NCBI GenBank assembly: GCA_009914755.4
Contig: CP086569.2
Location: 61,952,001-62,016,000 of the forward strand
DNA length: 64,000 bases
Reading direction: 5' to 3'
From: the human T2T-CHM13v2.0 reference genome, Homo sapiens
Part shown: piece after piece, positions 13,968 to 27,978 of the stretch
How positions within the stretch are numbered: position 1 is the first letter of the stretch
Layout: every line of letters begins with the position of its first letter
Notes under the pieces: generated by a model
Database searches by the model: none
Seen by the model: only the letters and a program-made list of their open reading frames with translations
What the model was told of the DNA's origin: nothing
Made by a program: the position numbers and the translations under genes

Positions 13968-16900
13968 ACGAAATTTCACTTAATGGAATCAAACAGAATG
14001 GAATCAAATCAATGGAATATAATCAAATGGAATGGATAGGAATTGAATGGAATAGATTGGATTGGAAGGGATTGGAATGCAATGGAATGGGAAGGACTCG
14101 AATTTCATGAAACGGAATGGAATGAATTGGAATGGAATGGACTCGAATGGAATGGAATCAAATGGAATGGCATCAAATGGAATGGAATCGAATGCAATGG
14201 AATGTTATGGAATGGAATGGGATGCATTGGAATGAAATGTCCTCTAATGGAATGGATTCGAGTGGAATGGAATCGAATATAATGGAGTCGAATGAAAAGG
14301 AATTGAAAGGAATGGGATCGAATAGAATGGAATATACTGGAATGTAATGTAATGAAGTCGAATGTAATTGACTGGAATGGAATGTACGTGAATGGAATGA
14401 AATCGAATGGAAAGTAATCCAATGGAATAGAATCTAATGCAATAAAATCGACTCGAATGGAATAGAATGGAATGGAATGGAATGCAGTGCAATGGAACGG
14501 AATGGAATGGAATGCAATGGAGTGGAATGGAATGGAATGGAATGGGATGGAATGGTATGGAATGGATAGTAATGGACTGGAATGAAATGGACTGGAAAGG
14601 AATGGACTGAAATTGAAAGGGCTCGAAAGGAATGGAGTCAAATGGAATGATCTGGAATGGAATGAACTCGAATGTAATGCAATCCAATAGAATGGAAACA
14701 AATGGAATGGAATTGAATGGAATGGAATTGAATGGATTGGGAACGAATGGAGTGAAATTGTATGGAATAGAAGAGAATAGAATGGAATGCAGGGGAAAGG
14801 AAAGGAATGGATTGGAATGGAATGGAATTCATTGGAATGGAAGGGAATGTAGTGTAATGGACAGGCCTGGAATAAACTGGAATGCTACGGTCTCGAATGG
14901 AATAAAAATGTATGGAATGCAATGCAGTGAAACGAATCGAATGTCATAGAATGTAATGGAATGCAAAAAAATGGACTCCAAAATCATTGACTGGAAAGGC
15001 TGGGTGTCGAAAGGAATTGACTCCAATGGAATGGAATCGAATGGAATGGAAGTGAATAGAATCGAACTAAATCGAATGGAATGGAATTGATAGGAACGGA
15101 ATGGAAAGGAATGGAATGATTTGGCATGGAATGGAATCGAATGGCATCGAATGGAATGGAATGGAATGTAATGGAATGGAATGTATTAGAATGTAATGAA
15201 CTTTAATGGGATGTACTCGAATGGATTCGACTGGAATGGAATGTTCTGGAAGTGAATGGACTCCAATGGAATGGATTCGAAAGGAATGGAATCGAACGGA
15301 ATGGAATCTAATGGAATGGAATTAAATGGAAAGGAATCAAAAGGAATAGCACGGAATTGAATTGAATGGAATCGAATGCAATGGAATCTAATGAAACGGA
15401 AAGGAAAGGAATGGAATGGAATGGAATGGGCTGGAATGGAATGGAATCGAAACGAATGGAATGGAATCGAACTGCAGAGACTGCAATGGAATGTACTGGA
15501 ATGCAAGGGAGTGTAATGGAAGGTTCTCGAAAAGAATGGAATCGAATGGAATGGAATTGAATGGAACGGAATAGAGTCGAATGGAATTGAATGGAATGGA
15601 ATGGACTAGAGTGAAATGGAATCGAGTCACAAGGAATAGACAGGAATAGAATGGTCTCGAATTGAATGGAATCGTATGGAATGGCATCAAACGGAATGGA
15701 ATGGACAGCCACGGAATGGAATGCACTCGAATGCAATGGAGTCGAAACTAATGGACTGGAATAGAATGGACTCGACTGGTACGGACTCCAATGGAATGGA
15801 ATGGAATGGAAGGGAATCGAACGGAATGGACTCGAAGTGAAAAGACTGCAACGGAAAGGTTTCGAATGGAATGGAAATTAATGGAATGGAATGGAATCGA
15901 ATGAAATGGAGTCAAAAGGAATGGAATCGAATGGCAAGGAATCGAATGTAATGGAATCACAAGGAATGGATGTGAACGGAACGGAATGGAATGGAATCAA
16001 AAGGAATGGAATAGAATGGAATGGAATCGAATGGAAAGGACTTGAATGGAAATCACTTGAATAGAAGGAAATTTAATAAAATAGGATCAAATATAATGGA
16101 ATGGAATGGAAAGGAATCGAAACGAAAGGAATGGAGACAGATGGAAAGGAATGGAACAGAGAGCAATGGTATAGAATGGAATGGAATCATCTGGAATGGA
16201 ATTGAATGGAATGGAATAATATGATATGGAATGGAATGGAATGGAATGCCCTTGAATTAAATGGACTGGAATGGAATGGACTCGAACAGAGTGGAATGGA
16301 AAGTGTTGAAATAGAATGGAATGGACTCCTTTGGAATGGTCTAGTATGCAATGCAATCGACTGGCAGGGAATCAAAAGGAATGTAATGGAATGGATTGGA
16401 CTGGAATGCAATGGAGTCGAATAGATAGGAAACGGAATGCAAAGGAATGGAATGGAATAGTATGGAATGGAATGGAAAGGAATGGAGTGGAATAGACTAG
16501 AGTGGAATGGAATGGACTCGAAAGCAATGGACTGGAATGGAACTTTCTTGAATGGACTGGAATCAAACGGAATGGAATGCAATGCAATCAAATGGCATGG
16601 AATAAAATAGAATGAAAGAGAATCAAATGGAATTGAATCGAATGGAATCGAATGGATTGGAAAGGAATAGAATGGAATGGAATGGAACTGACTCAAATGG
16701 AATGGACTAGAATGGAATGGAGTCGAATGGAAGGCAAAGGAATAGAATCTATTGGAATGGACTGTAATGGAATGGAATGGAAGGGATTGGAATGGACTCG
16801 AATGGAATGGACTGCAATAGAAAGGATTCGAATGGAATGAAAAAGAATTGAATGGAATAGAACAGAATGGAATCAAATCGAATGTAACGGAATGGAATTG

Positions 16901-17465
16901 AAAGGAATGGAATGAAATGGAATGGAAAGGATTCGAATGGAATGCAATCGAAGGGAATGCAATCGAATGGAATGGAATCGAACGGAATGGAATAAAATGG
17001 AAGAAAACTGGCAAGAAATGGAATCGAAATGAATGGAGTGTTATGGAACGGACTCAAAAGGAATTGAATGTAATAGAATGGAGTGGAGTGGACTCGAATG
17101 TAATGGACTGGAATGGAACGGAATCACATGGAATGGGAACGAATGGAATGGAATGGAAAGGAATGGAATCGAATGGAAAGGAATCGAATGGAAGGGAATG
17201 AAATTGAATCAACAGGAATGGAAGGGAATAGAATAGACTGTAATGGAATGGACTCGAACAGAATGGAAACGAATGCTCATATTGAATGGACTCGTATAGA
17301 ATGGAAACGAAAGGAATGTCATCGAATGGAATTGAATCGATTGGAATGAAATCGCATAGAATGGAGTGGAATCAAATGGAATTGAATCGAAAGTAAAGGA
17401 AGTGAATGGACTGAAATGAAATGGAATGGAATTGAATGGAAAGTAATGCAATGGAATGGAATGGA
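13968..17465. repeat. DYZ1-like HOR copy 5 (3498 bp)
   Basis: Landmark period 3498. Translations are identical to copies 2-3. Confidence 0.85.
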
Positions 17466-20400
17466 ACGAAATTTCACTTAATGGAATCAAACAGAATGGA
17501 ATCAAATCAATGGAATATAATCAAATGGAATGGATAGGAATTGAATGGAATAGATTGGATTGGAAGGGATTGGAATGCAATGGAATGGGAAGGACTCGAA
17601 TTTCATGAAACGGAATGGAATGAATTGGAATGGAATGGACTCGAATGGAATGGAATCAAATGGAATGGCATCAAATGGAATGGAATCGAATGCAATGGAA
17701 TGTTATGGAATGGAATGGGATGCATTGGAATGAAATGTCCTCTAATGGAATGGATTCGAGTGGAATGGAATCGAATATAATGGAGTCGAATGAAAAGGAA
17801 TTGAAAGGAATGGGATCGAATAGAATGGAATATACTGGAATGTAATGTAATGAAGTCGAATGTAATTGACTGGAATGGAATGTACGTGAATGGAATGAAA
17901 TCGAATGGAAAGTAATCCAATGGAATAGAATCTAATGCAATAAAATCGACTCGAATGGAATAGAATGGAATGGAATGGAATGCAGTGCAATGGAACGGAA
18001 TGGAATGGAATGCAATGGAGTGGAATGGAATGGAATGGAATGGGATGGAATGGTATGGAATGGATAGTAATGGACTGGAATGAAATGGACTGGAAAGGAA
18101 TGGACTGAAATTGAAAGGGCTCGAAAGGAATGGAGTCAAATGGAATGATCTGGAATGGAATGAACTCGAATGTAATGCAATCCAATAGAATGGAAACAAA
18201 TGGAATGGAATTGAATGGAATGGAATTGAATGGATTGGGAACGAATGGAGTGAAATTGTATGGAATAGAAGAGAATAGAATGGAATGCAGGGGAAAGGAA
18301 AGGAATGGATTGGAATGGAATGGAATTCATTGGAATGGAAGGGAATGTAGTGTAATGGACAGGCCTGGAATAAACTGGAATGCTACGGTCTCGAATGGAA
18401 TAAAAATGTATGGAATGCAATGCAGTGAAACGAATCGAATGTCATAGAATGTAATGGAATGCAAAAAAATGGACTCCAAAATCATTGACTGGAAAGGCTG
18501 GGTGTCGAAAGGAATTGACTCCAATGGAATGGAATCGAATGGAATGGAAGTGAATAGAATCGAACTAAATCGAATGGAATGGAATTGATAGGAACGGAAT
18601 GGAAAGGAATGGAATGATTTGGCATGGAATGGAATCGAATGGCATCGAATGGAATGGAATGGAATGTAATGGAATGGAATGTATTAGAATGTAATGAACT
18701 TTAATGGGATGTACTCGAATGGATTCGACTGGAATGGAATGTTCTGGAAGTGAATGGACTCCAATGGAATGGATTCGAAAGGAATGGAATCGAACGGAAT
18801 GGAATCTAATGGAATGGAATTAAATGGAAAGGAATCAAAAGGAATAGCACGGAATTGAATTGAATGGAATCGAATGCAATGGAATCTAATGAAACGGAAA
18901 GGAAAGGAATGGAATGGAATGGAATGGGCTGGAATGGAATGGAATCGAAACGAATGGAATGGAATCGAACTGCAGAGACTGCAATGGAATGTACTGGAAT
19001 GCAAGGGAGTGTAATGGAAGGTTCTCGAAAAGAATGGAATCGAATGGAATGGAATTGAATGGAACGGAATAGAGTCGAATGGAATTGAATGGAATGGAAT
19101 GGACTAGAGTGAAATGGAATCGAGTCACAAGGAATAGACAGGAATAGAATGGTCTCGAATTGAATGGAATCGTATGGAATGGCATCAAACGGAATGGAAT
19201 GGACAGCCACGGAATGGAATGCACTCGAATGCAATGGAGTCGAAACTAATGGACTGGAATAGAATGGACTCGACTGGTACGGACTCCAATGGAATGGAAT
19301 GGAATGGAAGGGAATCGAACGGAATGGACTCGAAGTGAAAAGACTGCAACGGAAAGGTTTCGAATGGAATGGAAATTAATGGAATGGAATGGAATCGAAT
19401 GAAATGGAGTCAAAAGGAATGGAATCGAATGGCAAGGAATCGAATGTAATGGAATCACAAGGAATGGATGTGAACGGAACGGAATGGAATGGAATCAAAA
19501 GGAATGGAATAGAATGGAATGGAATCGAATGGAAAGGACTTGAATGGAAATCACTTGAATAGAAGGAAATTTAATAAAATAGGATCAAATATAATGGAAT
19601 GGAATGGAAAGGAATCGAAACGAAAGGAATGGAGACAGATGGAAAGGAATGGAACAGAGAGCAATGGTATAGAATGGAATGGAATCATCTGGAATGGAAT
19701 TGAATGGAATGGAATAATATGATATGGAATGGAATGGAATGGAATGCCCTTGAATTAAATGGACTGGAATGGAATGGACTCGAACAGAGTGGAATGGAAA
19801 GTGTTGAAATAGAATGGAATGGACTCCTTTGGAATGGTCTAGTATGCAATGCAATCGACTGGCAGGGAATCAAAAGGAATGTAATGGAATGCATTGGACT
19901 GGAATGCAATGGACTCGAATAGATAGGAAACGGAATGCAAAGGAATGGAATGGAATAGTATGGAATGGAATGGAAAGGAATGGAGTGGAATAGACTAGAG
20001 TGGAATGTAATGGACTGGAAAGCAATGGACTGGAATGGAACTTTCTTGAATGGACTGGAATCAAACGGAATGGAATGCAATGCAATCAAATGGCATGGAA
20101 TAAAATAGAATGAAAGAGAATCAAATGGAATTGAATCGAATGGAATCGAATGGATTGGAAAGGAATAGAATGGAATGGAATGGAACTGACTCAAATGGAA
20201 TGGACTAGAATGGAATGGAGTCGAATGGAAGGCAAAGGAATAGAATCTATTGGAATGGACTGTAATGGAATGGAATGGAAGGGATTGGAATGGACTCGAA
20301 TGGAATGGACTGCAATAGAAAGGATTCGAATGGAATGAAAAAGAATTGAATGGAATAGAACAGAATGGAATCAAATCGAATGTAACGGAATGGAATTGAA

Positions 20401-20963
20401 AGGAATGGAATGAAATGGAATGGAAAGGATTCAAATGGAATGCAATCGAAGGGAATGCAATCGAATGGAATGGAATCGAACGGAATGGAATAAAATGGAA
20501 GAAAACTGGCAAGAAATGGAATCGAAATGAATGGAGTGTTATGGAACGGACTCAAAAGGAATTGAATGTAATAGAATGGAGTGGAGTGGACTCGAATGTA
20601 ATGGACTGGAATGGAACGGAATCACATGGAATGGGAACGAATGGAATGGAATGGAAAGGAATGGAATCGAATGGAAAGGAATCGAATGGAAGGGAATGAA
20701 ATTGAATCAACAGGAATGGAAGGGAATAGAATAGACTGTAATGGAATGGACTCGAACAGAATGGAAACGAATGCTCATATTGAATGGACTCGTATAGAAT
20801 GGAAACGAAAGGAATGTCATCGAATGGAATTGAATCGATTGGAATGAAATCGCATAGAATGGAGTGGAATCAAATGGAATTGAATCGAAAGTAAAGGAAG
20901 CGAATGGACTGAAATGAAATGGAATGGAATTGAATGGAAAGTAATGCAATGGAATGGAATGGA
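17466..20963. repeat. DYZ1-like HOR copy 6 (3498 bp)
   Basis: Landmark period 3498. A few substitutions appear in its second half (ORFs 19685..20512 and 19870..20085 differ slightly from copies 2-5). Confidence 0.85.
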
Positions 20964-23900
20964 ACGAAATTTCACTTAATGGAATCAAACAGAATGGAAT
21001 CAAATCAATGGAATATAATCAAATGGAATGGATAGGAATTGAATGGAATAGATTGGATTGGAAGGGATTGGAATGCAATGGAATGGGAAGGACTCGAATT
21101 TCATGAAACGGAATGGAATGAATTGGAATGGAATGGACTCGAATGGAATGGAATCAAATGGAATGGCATCAAATGGAATGGAATCGAATGCAATGGAATG
21201 TTATGGAATGGAATGGGATGCATTGGAATGAAATGTCCTCTAATGGAATGGATTCGAGTGGAAAGGAATCGAATATAATGGAGTCGAATGAAAAGGAATT
21301 GAAAGGAATGGGATCGAATAGAATGGAATATACTGGAATGTAATGTAATGAAGTCGAATGTAATTGACTGGAATGGAATGTACGTGAATGGAATGTAATC
21401 GAATGGAAAGTAATCCAAAGGAAGAGAATCTAATGCAATAAAATCGACTCGAATGGAATAGAATGGAATGGAATGGAATGCAGTGCAATGGAACGGAATG
21501 GAATGGAATGCAATGGAGTGGAATGGAATGGAATGGAATGGAATGGGACGGAATGGTATGGAATGGATAGTAATGGACTGGAGTGAAATGGACAGGAAAG
21601 GAATGGACTGAAATTGAAAGGGCTCGAAAGGAATGGAGTCAAATGGAATGATCTGGAATGGAATGAACTCGAATGTAATGCAATCCAATAGAATGGAAAC
21701 AAATGGAATGGAATTGAATGGAATGGAATTGAATGGAATGGGAACGAATGGAGTGAAATTGTATGGAATAGAAGAGAATAGAATGGAATGCAAGGGAAAG
21801 GAAAGGAATGGATTGGAATGGAATGGAATTCATTGGAATGGAAGGGAATGTAGTGTAATGGACAGGCCTGGAATAAACTGGAATGCTACGGTCTCGAATG
21901 GAATAAAAATGTATGGAATGGAATGCAGTGAAACGAATCGAATGTCATAGAATGTAATGGAATGCAAAAAAATGGACTCCAAAATCATTGACTGGAAAGG
22001 CTGGGTGTCGAAAGGAATTGACTCCAATGGAATGGAATCGAATGGAATGGAAGTGAATAGAATCGAACTAAATCGAATGGAATGGAATTGATAGGAACGG
22101 AATGGAAAGGAATGGAATGATTTGGCATGGAATGGAATCGAATGGCATCGAATGGAATGGAATGGAATGCAATGGAATGGAATGTATTAGAATGTAATGA
22201 ACTTTAATGGGATGTACTCGAATGGATTCGACTGGAATGGAATGTTCTGGAAGTGAATGGACTCCAATGGAATGGATTCGAAAGGAATGGAATCGAACGG
22301 AATGGAATCTAATGGAATGGAATTAAATGGAAAGGAATCAAATGGAATAGCACGGAATTGAATTGAATGGAATCGAATGCAATGGAATCTAATGAAACGG
22401 AAAGGAAAGGAATGGAATGGAATGGAATGGGCTGGAATGGAATGGAATCGAAACGAATGGAATGGAATCGAACTGCAGAGACTGCAATGGAATGTACTGG
22501 AATGCAAGGGAGTGTAATGGAAGGTTCTCGAAAAAAATGGAATCGAATGGAATGGAATTGAATGGAACGGAATAGAGTCGAATGGAATTGAATGGAATGG
22601 AATGGACTAGAGTGAAATGGAATCGAGTCACAAGGAATGGACAGGAATAGAATGGTCTCGAATTGAATGGAATCGTATGGAATGGCATCAAACGGAATGG
22701 AATGGACAGCCACGGAATGGAATGCACTCGAATGCAATGGAGTCGAAACTAATGGACTGGAATAGAATGGACTCGACTGGTACGGACTCCAATGGAATGG
22801 AATGGAATGGAAGGGAATCGAACGGAATGGACTCGAAGTGAAAAGACTGCAACGGAAAGGTTTCGAATGGAATGGAAATTAATGGAATGGAATGGAATCG
22901 AATGAAATGGAGTCAAAAGGAATGGAATCGAATGGCAAGGAATCGAATGTAATGGAATCGCAAGGAATGGATGTGAACGGAACGGAATGGAATGGAATCA
23001 AAAGGAATGGAATAGAATGGAATGGAATCGAATGGAAAGGACTCGAATGGAAATCACTTGAATAGAAGGAAATTTAATAAAATAGGATCAAATATAATGG
23101 AATGGAATGGAAAGGAATCGAAACGAAAGGAATGGAGACAGATGGAAAGGAATGGAACAGAGAGCAATGGTATAGAATGGAATGGAATCATCTGGAATGG
23201 AATTGAATGGAATGGAATAATATGATATGGAATGGAATGGAATGGAATGCCCTTGAATTAAATGGACTGGAATGGAATGGACTCGAACAGAGTGGAATGG
23301 AAAGTGTTGAAATAGAATGGAATGGACTCCTTTGGAATGGTCTAGTATGCAATGCAATCGACTGGCAGGGAATCAAAAGGAATGTAATCGAATGGATTGG
23401 ACTGGAATGCAACGGACTCGAATAGATAGGAAACGGAATGCAAAGGAATGGAATGGAATAGTATGGAATGGAATGGAAAGGAATGGAGTGGAATAGACTA
23501 GAGTGGAATGGAATGGACTCGAAAGCAATGGACTGGCATGGAACTTACTTGAATGGACTGGAATCAAACGGAATGGAATGCAATGCAATCAAATGGCATG
23601 GAATAAAATAGAATGAAAGAGAATCAAATGGAATTGAATCGAATGGAATCGAATGGATTGGAAAGGAATAGAATGGAATGGAATGGAACTGACTCAAATG
23701 GAATGGACTAGAATGGAATGGAGTCGAATGGAAGGCAAAGGAATAGAATCTATTGGAATGGACTGTAATGGAATGGAATGGAAGGGATTGGAATGGACTC
23801 GAATGGAATGGACTGCAATAGAAAGGATTCGAATGGAATGAAAAAGAATTGAATGGAATAGAACAGAATGGAATCAAATCGAATGTAACGGAATGGAATT

Positions 23901-24466
23901 GAAAGGAATGGAATGAAATGGAATGGAAAGGATTCGAATGGAATGCAATCGAAGGGAATGCAATCGAATGGAATGGAATCGAACGGAATGGAATAAAATG
24001 GAAGAAAACTGGCAAGAAATGGAATCGAAATGAATGGAGTGTTATGGAACGGACTCAAAAGGAATTGAATGTAATAGAATGGAGTGGAGTGGACTCGAAT
24101 GTAATGGACTGGAATGGAACGGAATCACATGGAATGGGAACGAATGGAATGGAATGGAAAGGAATGGAATCGAATGGAAATGAATCGAATGGAAGGGAAT
24201 GAAATTGAATCAACAGGAATGGAAGGGAATAGAATAGACTGTAATGGAATGGACTCGAACAGAATGGAAACGAATGCTCATATTGAATGGACTCGTATAG
24301 AATGGAAACGAAAGGAATGTCATCGAATGGAATTGAATCGATTGGAATGAAATCGCATAGAATGGAGTGGAATCAAATGGAATTGAATCGAAAGGAAAGG
24401 AAGCGAATGGACTGAAATGAAATGGAATGGAATTGAATGGAATGTAATGCAATGGAATGGAATGGA
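20964..24466. repeat. DYZ1-like HOR copy 7 (3503 bp); resembles copy 1
   Basis: The 230-aa ORF variant 21101..21793 and ORFs 22309..22737 and 22389..22727 carry the same diagnostic substitutions as copy 1. Confidence 0.8.
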
Positions 24467-27400
24467 ACGAAATTTCACGGAATGGAATCAAACAGAATGG
24501 AATCAAATCAATGGAATATAATCAAATGGAATGGATAGGAATTGAATGGAATAGATTGGATTGGAAGGGATTGGAATGCAATGGAATGGGAAGGACTCGA
24601 ATTTCATGAAACGGAATGGAATGAATTGGAATGGAATGGACTCGAATGGAATGGAATCAAATGGAATGGCATCAAATGGAATGGAATCGAATGCAATGGA
24701 ATGTTATGGAATGGAATGGGATGCATTGGAATGAAATGTCCTCTAATGGAATGGATTCGAGTGGAATGGAATCGAATATAATGGAGTCGAATGAAATGGA
24801 ATTGAAAGGAATGGGATCGAATAGAATGGAATATACTGGAATGTAATGTAATGAAGTCGAATGTAATTGACTGGAATGGAATGTACGTGAATGGAATGTA
24901 ATCGAATGGAAAGTAATCCAATGGAATAGAATCTAATGCAATAAAATCGACTCGAATGGAATAGAATGGAATGGAATGGAATGCAGTGCAGTGGAACGGA
25001 ATGGAATGGAATTCAATGGAGTGGAATGGAATGGAATGGAATGGAATGGAATGGGATGGAATGGTTTGGAATGGATAGTAATGGACTGGAGTGAAATGGA
25101 CTGGAAAGGAATGGACTCAAATTGAAAGGGCTCGAAAGGAATGGAGTCAAATGGAATGATCTGAAATGGAATGAACTCGAATGTAATACAATCCAATAGA
25201 ATGGAAACAAATGAAATGGAATTGAATGGAATGGAATTGAATGGAATGGGAACGAATGGAGTGAAATTGTATGGAATAGAAGAGAATAGAATGGAATGCA
25301 AGGGAAAGGAAAGGAAAGGATTGGAATGGAATGGAATTCATTGGAATGGAAGGGAATGTAGTGTAATGGACAGGCCTGGAATAAACTGTAATGCTACGGT
25401 CTCGAATGGAATAAAAATGTACGGAATGGAATGCAATGAAACGGAATCGAATGTCATAGAATGTAATGGAATGCAAAAAAATGGACTCCAAAATCATTGA
25501 CTGGAAAGGCTGGGTGTCGAAAGGAATTGACTCCAATGGAATGGAATCGAATGGAATGGAAGTGAATAGAATCGAACTAAATCGAATGGAATGGAATTGA
25601 TAGGAACGGAATGGAAAGGAATGGAATGATTTGGCATGGAATGGAATGGAATGGCATCGAATGGAATGGAATGGAATGCAATGGAATGGAATGTATTAGA
25701 ATGTAATGAACTTTAATGGGATGTACTCGAATGGATTCGACTGGAATGGAATGTTCTGGAAGTGAATGGACTCCAATGGAATGGATTCGAAAGGAATGGA
25801 ATCGAACGGAATGGAATCTAATGGAATGGAATTAAATGGAAAGGAATCAAATTGAATAGCACGGAATTGAATTGAATGGAATCGAATGCAATGGAATCTA
25901 ATGAAACGGAAAGGAAAGGAATGAAATGGAATGGAATGGGCTGGAATGGAATGGAATCGAAACGAATGGAATGGAATCGAACTGCAGAGACTGCCATGGA
26001 ATGTACTGGAATGCAAGGGAGAGTAATGGAAGGTTCTCGAAAAGAATGGAATCGAATGGAATGGAATTGAATGGAACGGAATAGAGTTGAATGGAATTGA
26101 ATGGAATGGAATGGACTAGAGTGAAATGGAATCGAGTCACAAGGAATGGACAGGAATAGAATGGCCTCGAATTGAATGGTATCGTATGGAATGGCATCAA
26201 ACGGAATGGAATGGACAGCCACGGAATGGAATGCACTCGAATGCAATGGAGTCGAAACTATTGGACTGGGATAGAATGGACTCGACTGGTACGGACTCCA
26301 ATGGAATGGAATGGAATGGAAGGGAATCGAACGGAATGGACTCGAAGTGAAAAGACTGCAACGGAAAGGTTTCGAATGGAATGGAAATTAATGGAATGGA
26401 ATGGAATCGAATGAAATGGAGTCAAAAGGAATGGAATCGAATGGCAAGGAATCGAATGTAATGGAATCGCAAGGAATGGATGTGAACGGAACGGAATGGA
26501 ATGGAATCAAAAGGAATGGAATAGAATGGAATGGAATCGAATGGAAAGGACTCGAATGGAAATCACTTGAATAGAATGAAATTTAATAAAATAGGATCAA
26601 ATGTAATGGAATGGAATGGAAAGGAATCGAAACGAAAGGAATGGAGACAGATGGAATGGAATGGAACAGAGAGCAATGGTATAGAATGGAATGGAATCAT
26701 CTGGAATGGAATTGAATGGAATGGAATAATATGATATGGAAGGAATGGAACGGAATGCCCTTGAATTAAATGGACTGGAATGGAATGGACTGGAACAGAG
26801 TGGAATGGAAAGTGTTGAAATAGAATGGAATGGACTCCTTTGGAATGGTCTAGTATGCAAGGCAATCGACTGGCAGGGAATCAAAAGGAATGTAATCGAA
26901 TGGATTGGACTGGAATGCAATGGACTCGAATAGATAGGAAACGGAATGCAAAGGAATGGAATGGAATAGTATGGAATGGAATGGAATGGAAGGAATGGAG
27001 TGAAATAGACTAGAGTGGAATGGAATTGACTCGAAAGCAATGGACTGGAATGGAACTTTCTTGAATGGACTGGAATCAAACGGAATGGAATGCAATGCAA
27101 TCAAATGGCATGGAATAAAATAGAATGAAAGAGAATCAAATGGAATTGAATCGAATGGAATCGAATGGATTGGAAAGGAATAGAATGGAATGGAATGGAA
27201 CTGACTCAAATGGAATGGACTGGAATGAAATGGAGTCGAAAGGAAGGCAAAGGAATAGAATCTATTGGAATGGACTGTAATGGAATGGAATGGAAGGAAT
27301 TGGAATGGACTCGAATGGAATGGACTGCAATAGAAAGGATTCGAATGGAATGAAAAAGAATTGAATGGAATAGAACAGAATGGAATCAAATCGAATGTAA

Positions 27401-27978
27401 CGGAATGGAATTGAAAGGAATGGAATGAAATGGAATGGAAAGGATTCGAATGGAATGCAATCGAAGGGAATGCAATCGAATGGAATGGAATCGAACAGAA
27501 TGGAATAAAATGGAAGAAAACTGGCAAGAAATGGAATCGAAATGAATGCAGTGTTATGGAACGGACTCAAAAGGAATTGAATGTAATAGAATGGAGTGGA
27601 GTGGACTCGAATATTATGGACTGGAATGGAATGGAATCACATGGAATGGGAACGAATGGAATGGAATGGAAAGGAAAGGAATCGAATGGAAAGGAATCGA
27701 ATGGAAGGGAAGGAAATTGAATCAACAGGAATGGAAGGGAATAGAATAGACTGTAATGGAATGGACTCGAATAGAATGGACACGAATGCTCAAATTGAAC
27801 GGACTCGTATAGAATGGAAATGAAAGGAATGTCATCGAATGGAATTGAATCGATTGGAATGAAATCGCATAGAATGGAGTGGAATCAAATGGAATTGAAT
27901 CGAAAGCAAAGGAAGCGAATGGACTGAAATGAAATGGAATGGAATTGAATGGAAAGTAATGCAATGGAATGGAATGGA
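24467..27978. repeat. DYZ1-like HOR copy 8 (3512 bp); A-type of a ~7-kb dimer
   Basis: It shares variant ORFs with copy 10: 26172..26414, 26850..27527 and 27596..27823 match 33183..33425, 33862..34539 and 34608..34835. Confidence 0.8.

Noticed and set aside
3504-20963. Treating the perfect identity of copies 2-5 as proof of very recent amplification
   Set aside because: This cannot be separated from assembly collapse or polishing artefacts without read-level data. It is reported as a finding with that caveat and not as a firm conclusion.
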